From the human T2T-CHM13v2.0 reference genome, Homo sapiens, in NCBI RefSeq assembly GCF_009914755.1, contig NC_060932.1: 64,000 nt of DNA; one strand, 5' to 3'. A model generated the notes under the pieces. It searched no databases. It worked only from the letters and a program-made list of their open reading frames with translations, and was not told the origin of the DNA. The translations under genes were made by a program, and so were the position numbers. Of this stretch, positions 42,772 to 60,487 are shown piece after piece. The stretch's first letter is position 1, and each line of letters starts with the position of its first letter.

Positions 42772-42789
42772 GATTCAATTATGTTTCTT

Positions 42790-43525
<736 letters not shown>

Positions 43526-44039
43526 TATCATTCTTTGGCTCAAAATCCATACATAATCTGTAGTCCCACTTCTCCTCCTCCCTCTTCTTCTCCCCCTCCA
43601 TCCAGTACCTCCCTGAGCACATGTTCTAGTCCTTCCCCTTTGCTCACTTGATCTCAACCACACAAGCCTCCTAGCAGTTCTTTATACTTCAAGACGTCTT
43701 CCTGCCCTAGAGCCTTTGCTTGGCTCTAACTTTTTACCTAGGTTACTCGTCTCCCAGATATTTTCTTGGGAAAACTGCCCATCGCACCCTACCATTCTCA
43801 TTTACCTGGCTCAACATTTTCTTTTTTTTTTCTTTATAGCACTTATCATATTCTAACATGCTATATGGTTTGCTTACTATTATGTTTATTGTTTATCATT
43901 TGTAATGATATGCCACTGCCCTCCAGCTGGCAGGTAAGCAGCGAAGGACTTCATTGGTTTCATTCACTGTTGTATCCTAAGGCCCTAGAACAGTGCCAGA
44001 GCCATAGTAGTGACTCAATATATATTTGTTGAATGAATG

Positions 44040-47000
44040 CTTTTTTTTAATTGCTGTAACTGAACATGAAATAGATGAACAATAATATCTAGATATAAAT
44101 ATCAATACAATAAATACTGTATCCACTAGCTAGTTTACTAAAAAATAACATAACTGTCACCTTTGAAGACCTCTGTGTACCTCCCTCAGTTATATCCTGT
44201 TTTCTTACCACTCAGAGAGGAACCTTGCATTTTTATTTCATCATTTCTTTGCTTTTCTTCAGTTTTACCAAATATGTTAGCATTCCTAAACAATATAATA
44301 TTCAGATTTATGCTTATTTGTTGTATATGTAGTATATATGTATATTTGTGTATATTTACATCATTACACGATAGTATAGGCATTCTTTTTAGATTCGCTT
44401 TTCTTTTTAACATTAATTTCTCTTTTATTATTACTTTTATTCTATTGTGGTAAGAACACTTAATGTGAGATGTGCCCTCTTAACAGATTTTTAAAGTATA
44501 CAATACAGTTTGGTTAACTGTTGGTCCAATAGCATACAGTGGAGCTCAGAACGTATTTATCTTGCATAACTGAAACTTCGTACCTATTGATTAGCAACTC
44601 CTTATTTCTTCATCCTTCCTATCCCCAGCAACTATAATTCTATTCTTGACTTCCTTTTCTTGCTTAGTATTATGTTCCCAAAAATTCAACCTTGCTGTGG
44701 CATGTAACTGTAATTCAATTGCTTCTCTGCAATGAAGTACTTTATTATAAGAAAATCACATATAATAATATTTTAGTTAACATTGTTGAGGGAGACATTT
44801 ATTTCTGCTTTGTTGCTCTGAGAGATGTCTCCTATGTCATTCTTTCCTATGCATCCCTGGGTTATGTGAGCATGAATTTCTGTAGCGTACAGCCCTAGGA
44901 GTGAAATTGCTGAGTCATATAATTTCAACATCTTTAGCTTTACCAATAATGCCAAGTTGTTTTCCAAAGTAGCTGTACCAGTTTACCTACCTTTCAGTGG
45001 TCTGGTTGTTCATATCTTTGTAGAAACTTGATGTTGAAAGACTTACATTTTTGCTTGTCTTGTGGGTGAGAAATCTCTCTCGTTGAAGTTTAAATGTTCA
45101 TTTCTCTGATTACTAATGAAATTAAGATTATCTTTTCTCTTATGTTTATTGACTCCTTGGCTTTTCCCTTCCATGAACTACCTGCTTGTGTCTTTTGCCC
45201 GTTTTTATTTTGTATCATTTATGCTTTTTCTTTAATTTGTAGGAATTTTTTAAGTATTCTTGATATATATGTTGAAAGTATCTTGTCTTGGTTTGTGGTT
45301 TGCCTTTTAATGATTTTTGTAATTAATTAGAGTTTTAAATTTTAATGTAGTCTTTCATAGTTTGTAGTTTTTCTTTCTTGTGTAAGAAATCCTTTCCCAC
45401 CCCAAGATAATAAATATATTAGCCTATATGCACCTCTGAAAGTGTTATCGTTTTGCCCTTCACATTTAAGTCTTTAATCTACCTGGAATTGATTTTTGTG
45501 AATTGTGTGCAATAGGTGTACAATTTCAGTTTTTCTATATGGATATCCAATTTTCTATCCAGTCCCCATTGATCTGCAGGGCCAGTTCTGTTATAAATCA
45601 AGTTTTCATTATTCTGTTCTCTTTGTCAATTTGTCTATCCACTGCCTTAAATATTATAGCTCTATATTAATTCTTGATATCTAAGAATTAGGAGTAGATG
45701 CAACTTCTACTTTGTTCTTCTTCAAGAGTTTGCTGGCTATTATTGGTTCTTTGCTCATCCATTGATGTTTTAGAATCATTTTATTAAATTTGAAGATAGC
45801 TAACACTTTTGTGAGATTAACTTTCTCTCCACAAATATAGTTTATCTCTCTACTAATGTAGGCCTTCTTTAGTGTCTATCAATAATATTTCTATATTTTT
45901 CTTTACAAAAGAATGGACATCTTTTGTAGATTTATTCATAGGTACATCTTTATATTTTTAGGCTGTGGTAAATGTTATCTCTTTTAAAAAATTATATTTC
46001 CTCTCTGTTTGCTGCTGATATATAGAGCTATCGTTATTTTGTTTCCTAGTCACAATTCAACTCAAAGACGTGGGGTGTATAACTGATTTATTAAATGGAC
46101 TTTATTTTTTAGAGCAGTTTTAGGTTCACAGCAAAATTGAGCAGACGATACAGAGAGTTCCTTTCTACCCCTGTCCCCACACAGGCACCGCCTCTGCCAC
46201 TGTCAACATCCCCCACCAGAGTGGTCCATTTGTCACAGTCAATGAACCTACATCAACACATCATTACCACCCAAAATCCATAGTTTACATTAGAGTTTAC
46301 TCTTGGTGTTGTACATTCTGTAGGTTTGGACAGATGTATATGGATATGTATTCATTATTACAGCATCATACAGAGTAGTTTCACTGCCCTAAAAATCCCT
46401 TGGGCTTCCCCTATTTATCCCTCCCTCCCCACAACCCCTCGCAACCACAGATTTTTTTTTTTTTTTACTGTCTGTCTCCACTTGTGCCTTTTTCAGAATG
46501 TCATATAATTGGAATTCTACAATATGTAGCCATTTCAGATTGGCTTCTTTCACTCAGTAATATGCACCTAAGGTTTCTCCATGTCTTTTCATGGCTTATT
46601 AGCTCATTTCTTTCCAGCACTGAATAATATTCCATTGTCTGGATGCACCACAGTGTATTTATCCATTCACTTACTGAAGAGCATCTTGGTTGCTTCTACA
46701 TTTAGACAATTATAAATAAAGTTGCTATAAGCATTCACATGCAGGTTTTTGTGTGGATGGTGTAATTGATTTTTGAACATTGACTTAGTATCCAGCAACA
46801 TTACTAAATTCTCCATAATTCTAATGATTTGTCTGTACATTAGGGTTTTCTACATAGATAAGCATATTATCTATGGATAACATGTTTTTTATAATACAGT
46901 TTGAAAAGTTTAAAATTTTAACTGAAGGATTTATTCCTTTTATATTTATTGAAATTGCTAGTACATTTGAATTTCAATCTACTATATTATTTTGTGCTTT

Positions 47001-48190
47001 CCATGTCTTATATTTTTTGTTTCTTTTATATTTTAAATGTATCCCCTCTATATTAATTCTCTTTCTCTCTCTTGCTCTCTCTCTGTCTCCCCAATCCCTC
47101 GTTATTTGGAAGTTGTACAATATTTCCTTCCTTTTAGATAATACTCTATAAAATTAAGATGTATAATATAACTTGCAAAGTCTAAAGTTAATCGATATTT
47201 GCCATCCTCCACATCAATATAAGAACCTTAGAACACTCATTCATTTAACTTCAATCCTGACTAGTAAGTCATTATTGTCTTTATTTTACTATTTTGTTTA
47301 AAGCCCACTGACATTATTATTACTGTCTTAATCAGTGGTATGATTTACTCACATGATTGCATTCTTTACTCATCATTCTTTTTGCATCTCAGAATTTCTA
47401 TTCAGGGTTTCTTTCTGCCTGAATTACACCCTTTAGAATTATTTTTATGAAGAAAGTGTTGTATTCCCCTTAGCATATTAAAGGTAGTCATTCATTGGCT
47501 TTTGCACTCCTATTTTTGTTGAGAAATCAGCCGTTGTCAAATAAAGTTGACAAACTTTATTTGAAGGCAATCTGCTTTCCACTTTATTCTTTTTCTGGCT
47601 ACTTTTATAATCTTCTCTTTGTCTTTGGTTTCTGCAGTTCGCTCATGTTGTACTTGGGTTAGATTTCTATTTTTTTCTGATTCTTTTTTATCCGAAATTA
47701 TTTGGACTAGGGCCTTTGTATAAGTTCTGGAAAATTCTTAGACTTTATTCCTTCAGATACTGTCTCTCTCCCGTTATCTCTGTCCTCTTCTCTTTGAACT
47801 CTGATGACACATCTGTTAAATCTTCACACTTCTTCCTCCATGTCTTTTGATCTCTCTTTTGTATTTTCCATCCCTTTGACTCCTTGTGCTGTATTTGGAT
47901 AATTTTTATGATCTAAGTTAAACAAATCTGTCTTCAGTTGCATTCAATATGCTGTAATCTGATTTATTAAATTTTAAGTCATGAAATTTTTATTTCTTAA
48001 AGTTGTAGTTGGTTCTTTTTCAACTCTGACAATCGGTTCAGATCTGATTTAGCTGTGTGTTGTGTGTGCTTGATGTCACTCACGATTCCTTATTTTCTTG
48101 TGTGTTTTGTAATTTTAACTGTCATATTGATTGTCATGAGCCCAGTTCATTCTTTGGAATTTTATCTTGGGGAATTTCTACACTACAAAT
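44040..48190 (-). mobile_element. Cluster of nested old L1M fragments (including an L1MB/MC-type 3' end at ~46095-46760)
   Basis: tagagcagttttaggttcacagcaaaattgagc..; T-rich; boundaries approximate. Confidence 0.75.
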
Positions 48191-49624
48191 TAAAGTTGCC
48201 CAATTTTCCTTCTTTAAGGATTCCCCTTTGACTTGGATTTTAGATGTTTATCGTTAGAGCTTTATTCCTTTGGCATAAATCAAATGACTTTGTGTTCAGT
48301 TAAATACCTGGTAGAGCTCATGTATAGAATCACTATCAGTCATTTATATGTTAAAGTAAATGAGTGTATTGTGTCTTTTTTATGGGAGAGTTTTGTCAAA
48401 GGGGTTATAAAGGAAGAAGTGGGTATAAAGAATCTGAACTCTTCCTCCCCTCAAATAAATTGGATCAAAAGCCTGAACATGAGTGAGTTCAGGAGAAAAG
48501 ACAAAAAGGTCAGATGAAAAAAGGCAAATTTTCCCCATCTCACAATTTTGTTAGGCTTGGCTTGGATCTTGCCCAAGACACTTTTCTTATTGACTCTTAG
48601 GTCATACTATGCTGCCTTAGTTTACTCACAGAAGACGAACAAGGTTTCAAGCAGAAATCACGAGCCCAGTTCAATAGTAAAGCCAATCTGGGAGACTGGC
48701 AAAGAGCATCTAGGGATTTGGGAGGGAGGTGATCGGTTCAAAAGTACATGAGGCTATATTGGGTAAGTAAGCAAGTTTGCTCAGGAAGTGCCTAAGAGAG
48801 AAGATAAACAGAGGGGATCAAGATGACCTCGATATGATAAGTTCAACCCTCTGGCTTGGGCATGTGTTCTTAGCAAAAGAACTTTTGCTGGTGCTCAGCT
48901 AGGAGGGAGGCACTTGCCAGGTGTTGGAGGGCTTGGCTCTCTTCCCACCCTCCCCATCTTCTCTGGACTTGGCAATCTCCCACAGCCTTGATAGTCACCA
49001 GTGAGCCAGCTCATCTCATCTTCTGCCATGCAGGAGAATGTTGTATTGAAGACTATGAGTTTGGAGTAAGAGAAATTGGCCTCTAACCCCACCTCCATCA
49101 TTTGCTTATCTACCGAGTGACTTTGGGAAAATTATATTAATAAAAACTTTCTCTTGGGCACAATAATTGGGCATGCTATTCGGGTGACAGGTACATGAAA
49201 AGCCCAGCTTTCACCAGACTATTCATATATGTAGCCAAAACCACTTATACACCTAAAGCTATTGAAATAAAAAAGTTAAAAGTAATAAATACAATAAAAT
49301 GGGTTTTTTTCTCTATTTGTTTTTATTTCCCTGACAAGAAAAATAATGGACTAAATCTTTATCTGCTTTACATTTTTAATAGAAACAATAAGTCAGAAAC
49401 CAGATATAAGAATAATTAACAAATTGGTCATTCTTACCTATATTTACTCTTATCACAATCAGATGAGCTTATTGTTTTTGTTTAGCTAATTTGTACTTTA
49501 ATTAGAGGCTATTAAATCATTAATAATATTTTTGAATTATAGAAGTCTGACAAACCAGGAAGCTAAGTTTAATCCACACATTCAGTGGAACATCTCTGGC
49601 TAAGATAATAAAGCATAATTAATT

Positions 49625-49835
49625 ATTTTTATTTTGGAACTTTTAAGTTCAGGGGTACATGTGCAGATTGCTACAGAGGTAAACTCATGTCATGGGGGTT
49701 TGTTGTGCAGATTATTTCATCACCCAGATATGAAGCCTCATACCCATAAGTTATTTTTCCTGATCTTCTCCCTCCTACCACCCTCCACTCTCCGATAGGC
49801 CCCAATGTGTGTTGTTCCCTTCTATGTGTCCATGT
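49625..49835 (-). mobile_element. L1PA 3'UTR fragment (older)
   Basis: tttaagttcaggggtacatgtgcag..tgtgtccatgtg. Confidence 0.85.
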
Positions 49836-50381
49836 GATAAAACGCTTTAAAAAGTATAAAAATAAAAACTCTCTAAGACTCAGTGTTTGTATCTATAAAA
49901 ACACGAGTCATAATGGTCCTAGGGTACCATTATGTCTACCTAGTGGGGCTGTGAGGATAACTCAGGTGACTCTTTTAAAGTGTTAAACACAATGCTTAGA
50001 ACACAGACTGTGCCTTGTAAACATGAATTAGATTATTGTACTTGGTTTCTCTGCGGCCTTGTCTATTCCCATGCATCTAGGCACAGGACGCCAAGATCTT
50101 CAACTGTGGCTCCAGCCTTCCTCCAGAGAACTAGAATCCTCTATCTCTGCACTGGACATCTAGTACATTTTTTTTTATTATACTTTAAGTTTTAGGGTAC
50201 ATGTGCACATTGTGCAGGTTAGTTACATATGTATACATGTGCCATGCTGGTGTGCTGCACCCACTAACTCGTCATCTAGCACTAGGTATATCTCCCAATG
50301 CCATCCCTCCCCCCTCCCACCACCCCACCACAGTCCCCAGAGTGTGATATTCCCCTTCCTGTGTCCATGTGATCTCATTGT

Positions 50382-54224
<3,843 letters not shown>

Positions 54225-54273
54225 TTATTTTGCTCATTAGTTGATGCAGTTTTTTTCCTAGCATCAATGGTCT

Positions 54274-55289
54274 TTACAATTTGGCATGTTTTTGCAGTGG
54301 CTGGTACTGGTTGTTCCTTTCCATGTTTAGTGCTTCCTTTAGGAGCTCTTGTAGGGCAGGCCTGGTGGTGACAAAATCTCTCAGCATTTGCTTGTCTGTA
54401 AAGGATTTTATTTCTCCTTCACTTATGAAGCTTAGTTTGGCTGGATATGAAATTCTGGGTTGAAAATTCTTTTCTTTAAGAATGTTGAATATTGGCCTCC
54501 ACTCTCTTCTGGCTTGTAGGGTTTCTGCTGAGAGATCTGCTGTTAGTCTGATGGGCTTCCCTTTGAGGGTAACCCGACCTTTCTCTCTGGCTGCCCTTAA
54601 CATTTTTTCCTTCATTTCAACTTTGGTGAATCTGACAATTATGTGTCTTGGAGTTGCTCTTCTCGAGGAGTATCTTTGTGGCATTCTCTGTATTTCCTGA
54701 ATCTGAACGTTGGCCTGCCTTGCTCGATTGGGGAAGTTCTCCTGGATAATATCCTGCAGAGTGTTTTCCAACTTGGTTCCATTCTCCCCATCACTTCAGG
54801 TACACCAATCAGACGTAGATTTGGTCTTTTCACATAGCCCCATATTTCTTGGAGGCTTTGCTCATTTCTTTTTATTCTTTTTTCTCTAAACTTCCCTTCT
54901 CACTTCATTTCATTCATTTCATCTTCCATCACTGATACCCTTTCTTCCAGTTGATCGCATCATCTCCTGAGGCTTCTGCATTCTTCACGTAGTTCTTGAG
55001 CCTTGGTTTTCAGCTCCATCAGCTCCTTTAAGCACTTCTCTGTATTGGTTATTCTAGTTATACATTCTTCTAAATTTTTTTCAAAGTTTTCAACTTCTTT
55101 GCCTTTGGTTTGAATGTCCTCCCGTAGCTCAGAGTAATTTGATCATCTGAAGCCTTCTTCTCTCAGCTCGTCAAAGTCATTCTCCATCCAGCTTTGTTCC
55201 GTTGCTGGTGAGGAACTGCGTTCCTTTGGAGGAGGAGAGGTGCTCTGCGTTTTAGAGTTTCCAGTTTTTCTGTTCTGTTTTTTCCCCAT
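54274..55289 (-). pseudogene. ORF1: L1 ORF1p, disrupted
   Basis: MGKKQNRKTGNSK start; premature TGA at 55143-55145; frameshift near 54795. Confidence 0.95.
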
Positions 55290-55744
55290 CTTTGTGGTGT
55301 TATCTACTTTTGGTCTTTGATGATGGTGATGTACAGATGGGTTTTTGGTGTGGATGTCCTTTCTGTTTGTTAGTTTTCCTTCTAACATACAGGACCCTCA
55401 GCTGCAGGTCTGTTGGAATACCCTGCCGTGTGAGGTGTCAGTGTGCCCCTGCTGGGGGGTGCCTCCCAGTTAGGCTGCTCGGGGGTCAGGGGTCAGGGAC
55501 CCACTTGAGGAGGCAGTCTGCCCGTTCTCAGATCTCCAGCTGCGTGCTGGGAGAACCACTGCTCTCTTCAAAGCTGTTAGACAGGGACATTTAAGTCTGC
55601 AGAGGTTACTGCTGTCTTTTTGTTTGTCTGTGCCCTGCCCCCAGAGGTGGAGCCTACAGAGGCAGGCAGGCCTCCTTGAGCTGTGGTGGGCTCCACCCAG
55701 TTCAAGCTTCCCGGCTGCTTTGTTTACCTAAGCAAGCCTGGGCA

Positions 55745-55960
55745 ATGGCGGGCGCCCCTCCCCCAGCCTCGCTGCCGCCTTGCAGTTTGATCTCAGACTG
55801 CTGTGCTAGCCATCAGGGAGACTCCGTGGGCATAGGACCCTCCGAGCCAGGTGCGGGATATAATCTCGTGGTGCACCGTTTTTTAAGCCAGTCCAAAAAG
55901 TGCAGTATTTGGGTGGGAGTGACCCGATTTTCCAGGTGCGTCCGTCACCCCTTTCTTTGA
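55745..55960 (+). CDS. ORF0: L1 antisense ORF0, intact 71 codons
   Basis: MAGAPPPASLPPCSLISDCC..RFSRCVRHPFL*, good Kozak gcaATGG, inside the L1 5'UTR antisense promoter region; expression not shown. Confidence 0.75.
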   Translation: MAGAPPPASLPPCSLISDCCASHQGDSVGIGPSEPGAGYNLVVHRFLSQSKKCSIWVGVTRFSRCVRHPFL

Positions 55961-56354
55961 CTCGGAAAGGGAACTCCCTGACCCCTTGCGCTTCCCAAGT
56001 GAGGCAATGCCTCGCCCTGCTTCGGCTCGTGCACGGTGCGCGCACCCACTGACCTGCGCCCACTGTCTGGCACTCCCTAGTGAGATGAACCCGGTACCTC
56101 AGATGGAAATGCAGAAATCACCCCTCTTCTGCGTAGCTCATGCTGGGAGCTGTAGACCGGAGCTGTTCCTATTCAGCCATCTTGGCTCCTCCCCCCATCT
56201 AGTACATTTGAATGCCACTTCCAACTCAGTTGATCCCCAATCAAACTTCCAAATCTTCTCAACTTCTTATTTCTGGAGAAACCCTGGTACTACTTTTGAG
56301 TCTAGAGGCTTTTGCCTTGTTGCCCACATCCAGTGAGTTACTAAATTCTCTTAG

Positions 56355-56744
<390 letters not shown>

Positions 56745-57399
56745 TAACCCCCTCTAATCCAGCCCCAAATAGCTATTTGAAGACTTTCCTAATTGCTCCA
56801 ACTTCAAGAGATTTGTGTTTCTTTTAAACCCCTGTAGTGCTGATTTTCTGCCCCTGCCCCCCAATTTAGTATTCCACTTTATCTTTTAGTTATCCTTTTA
56901 AAATGGATGGTTTGATTTCCCAATAAGCTGTGAACAGGAACTGAGTCTTAGGCTTATTATATCTCCCCCAGTACCTAGATCTCTGGTGAACATATACTAG
57001 TTGCTCAGTAAATATGTATTGGTTGATTGAATGTGAATCCATCCCATCAGGGTTTGCTGCCTGTCTTGAGACTGTGTGAGGGGGCTGTGTTCTGAGTTTA
57101 GGGCCCATGCATAAAGCTCTGCTTGACCTGCAGGTGTTGGAAATGAGTTAATTTCTTTTTAATTAGGGCATTACTCTCAACTCAGAATTTTCTATATTAA
57201 AGCCCCAGTTTTCTGTATTAAAGATCTCATCTTACCACTTAGCGTTTGACAATGGCCATAATAAGCAATGCCTCAGCACAGATTTGTTTACTATCCCTGG
57301 ACCTTTAGGGCTCTGGACAGTGGAGCTGACCATCGTGGAAACAGCACACTGGAAACATCAATCAGATACTGGTCTTTTGACTTCATGACCAATCATGGT

Positions 57400-57450
57400 C
57401 CTTTCTCTTTTTCTTTTCTTTCTTTCTCTTTCTTTCTTTCTTTCTTTTTT

Positions 57451-57505
<55 letters not shown>

Positions 57506-57597
57506 CTTTCTTCCTTTCTTTTTCCTTCCTCCTTCCTTCCTTCCTTTCTTTCTTTCTTTCTTTCTTTCTTTCTCTCTTTCTTTCTTTGTTTCTTTCT
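57400..57597. repeat. (TTTC)n/(TTCC)n polypyrimidine microsatellite
   Basis: Direct inspection. Confidence 0.97.
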
Positions 57598-58282
57598 GTG
57601 GGTGACTTTGGGTAATTTACTTGACCTCTATGTCCATAAAATTTAAATTAAACTGTCTATTTTAAATTAACCAAGTAGGATGTTGGAAAATACTCATTAC
57701 AGTGCCTAGCATGCAGTAGCCATTCAAGAATGGTGGTTGAACATGAGTTCAATAGCAGCAGTTAGGGAGGCTATGAACTCAGCTCCTAGGAAGGGCTGGG
57801 GGTAACTTAAAGGCAACAGGAAAGTTCCTCCCTACTGTCTTTGAATAGATCCTCCACTAATGCCTGAAATTCCACTTTCAGAAGACTGAAGATTCTGAAG
57901 ATTTGTTCCTCTAATCTATCATTGCTGTCTTCAAGCTGCATTTTAAAAAATGCTCCTTAATAATACCTTTAAAATGTGAGGAGTTACATATTGAGTCCTA
58001 ACACCATAATACGTATTCATTTACAGGGAAACAGCAGTCAGCATGATCTTATTTATGTGCTGGGCAGCTGTGGGTATTGGATATGGGGGAAAAAAGGAAG
58101 GAGAAAGGAGTTTGGGGGATGTGGGAAGCAGACTCCCAAGTGAGCAAATTTGTAAGTCAGTATGAGCATGGCCTACTGGCACCCCTGTACTTTAGTGTAT
58201 TAGAAGAAAGTCAAGAAGATGGCAATGAATTACAAACATCTGAGCTTCCACTGGCGTTTTTCATGAACGTTAGATAGTGTGA

Positions 58283-58588
<306 letters not shown>

Positions 58589-60159
58589 TGACTTTGAGTT
58601 TCCAGATGGAGGTGGGACTCCTTCAGATGATGAGTCTGCTCTGGTAGGTCTTCCAGGAACCACAGATAGGTCCCATTCTCATTCTCTCCTATAGAAAATG
58701 AAGTACTCAGGGGAAGACGTGTCCCTAAAGAAATAACAAGAGCAGTTTTTATTGCAGTTTATGGGTTCCAAGTCGCAGTTCCAGCCAATAGCATATGATT
58801 CAGTATCATCTCTCATTGTGAGCTTGTTTTCATTCTATTTGAAGTCCTCCTCTCCTGTGTTTCTTTGAAAAGGGGTTTATGTGAACAGGGCTATGCTTTC
58901 AATGCCCTAGGTCTGCCATGCAAATAAGACACTTCCATCTCAGTGTGTTCACCTGGAGAAAGATTTTATTAGGTAAATAAAGCAGTAAGTCATCTTTACA
59001 TCAGAATAAATACAAAGACGTCCAGCCTTTTGTCCTTTCTCCTCCTTTGCCAAAGAAGACGACCCACTCACCTCACCGAATTGTTCCTCATGTGGGTTCA
59101 TGGGAGACAAAATGTTTTTAGCAGGAGATGAGGCATTTGCTTGACAAGAACATTTCTGAGCTGAGGCTTCTGGTTTTAACTTTGTCAACCAGCAGGCAGC
59201 ATTTCTCTGACTGTAAATCTGAGTTAATTTACAGACATGCTCCTAAGGAAGGAAAAACTGAATCAGTACCCTTGCTCCTGACACAGAGAGAAAGTCACCA
59301 CCAGGAGAAAAAGAAAAAAAAGATCTCAGGTTTCAATGAGATAATGAACTTGTAACCACCTGAATATATCAACGAGGTAAAGTTAATGGTCTCTTTTCTT
59401 CTTTTCACAGACACCTCTTGAGCTGTGTGTTTTTATTGCTTTTCCCCCTTTAAATTTACCTGGAAGCTCATTGAACCTTCCCTTAAATAAAAACGTTGTG
59501 GAGGTGAAGGATCAGAGAGCAACGGGGCATGATTTGCTTTTGACCCTTGGAGTCTCTTGGAACAGGCTTGGGCCCTGGGGACAAACAGGGCGGGCTGGGA
59601 TGGGGAAGAGAGACAAGAAAGCAAATCTCTCCTCTGGCTCCCTGCTCCTTCCGTGAAGACGAGAGCTGATGGTGGAAAACGGAGTCTCTTCTGAAGGTAG
59701 GCAGCTGACATAGAAGACCGAGTGAAGATGTGTTGTGTCTGATTGTTTCTGAAGTGAGTCTCTGAATCACAAGTCACAAGTGGTCTAAGAGAAAAAGAAA
59801 GTGTCGGAAAACAGCAGGCCTGGAGAGGAGCTGTGTAATAGTCTACTGTCCTTCCCCTCAAAGGCCAGCAGTTGGCTGTCCCATAAAGCTGACTAAGGAG
59901 AAGAGGGGATGTTGTGTCTGTGGAATGCCACTCAAAACCTGATCAATTTCTCACGAAGGTGACAGAACTCCAAAGAACACTCATAATTTCCAATAGCCAA
60001 GCCACTGGCAAGAAAAAAAATTGTTGCTAGTTTACCCTGGTTGCTTTTCTCACTAAATGTTGCCTCTTTTTTTTTTCAAAAGTACAAACAGGAGCACTCC
60101 TTCCTTCCTTATAGCCTGCAAAGAGATGGTGTCATTGAGAAGAGATTACTGTTTGGAGG

Positions 60160-60445
60160 AGGGGTCAGGAGACCTTTTCTGGAAAGGGCCAGACAGTAAG
60201 TATTTTAGGCTGTGCAGGCCATATAGTCTCCTGCCACTACAGTCTGAAAGCCATGCCTGTGGCTGTGCTCCAATAAAACTTTACTATTATTGGAATGACA
60301 CATATATTTTATGTGTCATGAAATAATGTCTTTCTTTTATCTTTTTTTTTTTCCTGCCGTTAAAAAATGTCAGAACCATTCTTAGCTCACAGTCATCCAG
60401 GTGGCAGGCTGGATTTACCCTGTGGTCCAGAGTTTCTCGACCTGT
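60160..60445. mobile_element. MER58-like hAT-Charlie element
   Basis: aggggtcag..aaagggccagacagtaagtattttaggc..ggctggattt..tttctcgacctg. Confidence 0.8.
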
Positions 60446-60487
60446 CTGGTCTAGGGTAAAGAAAGTCAAAATGAGTAAGAAAAACAC

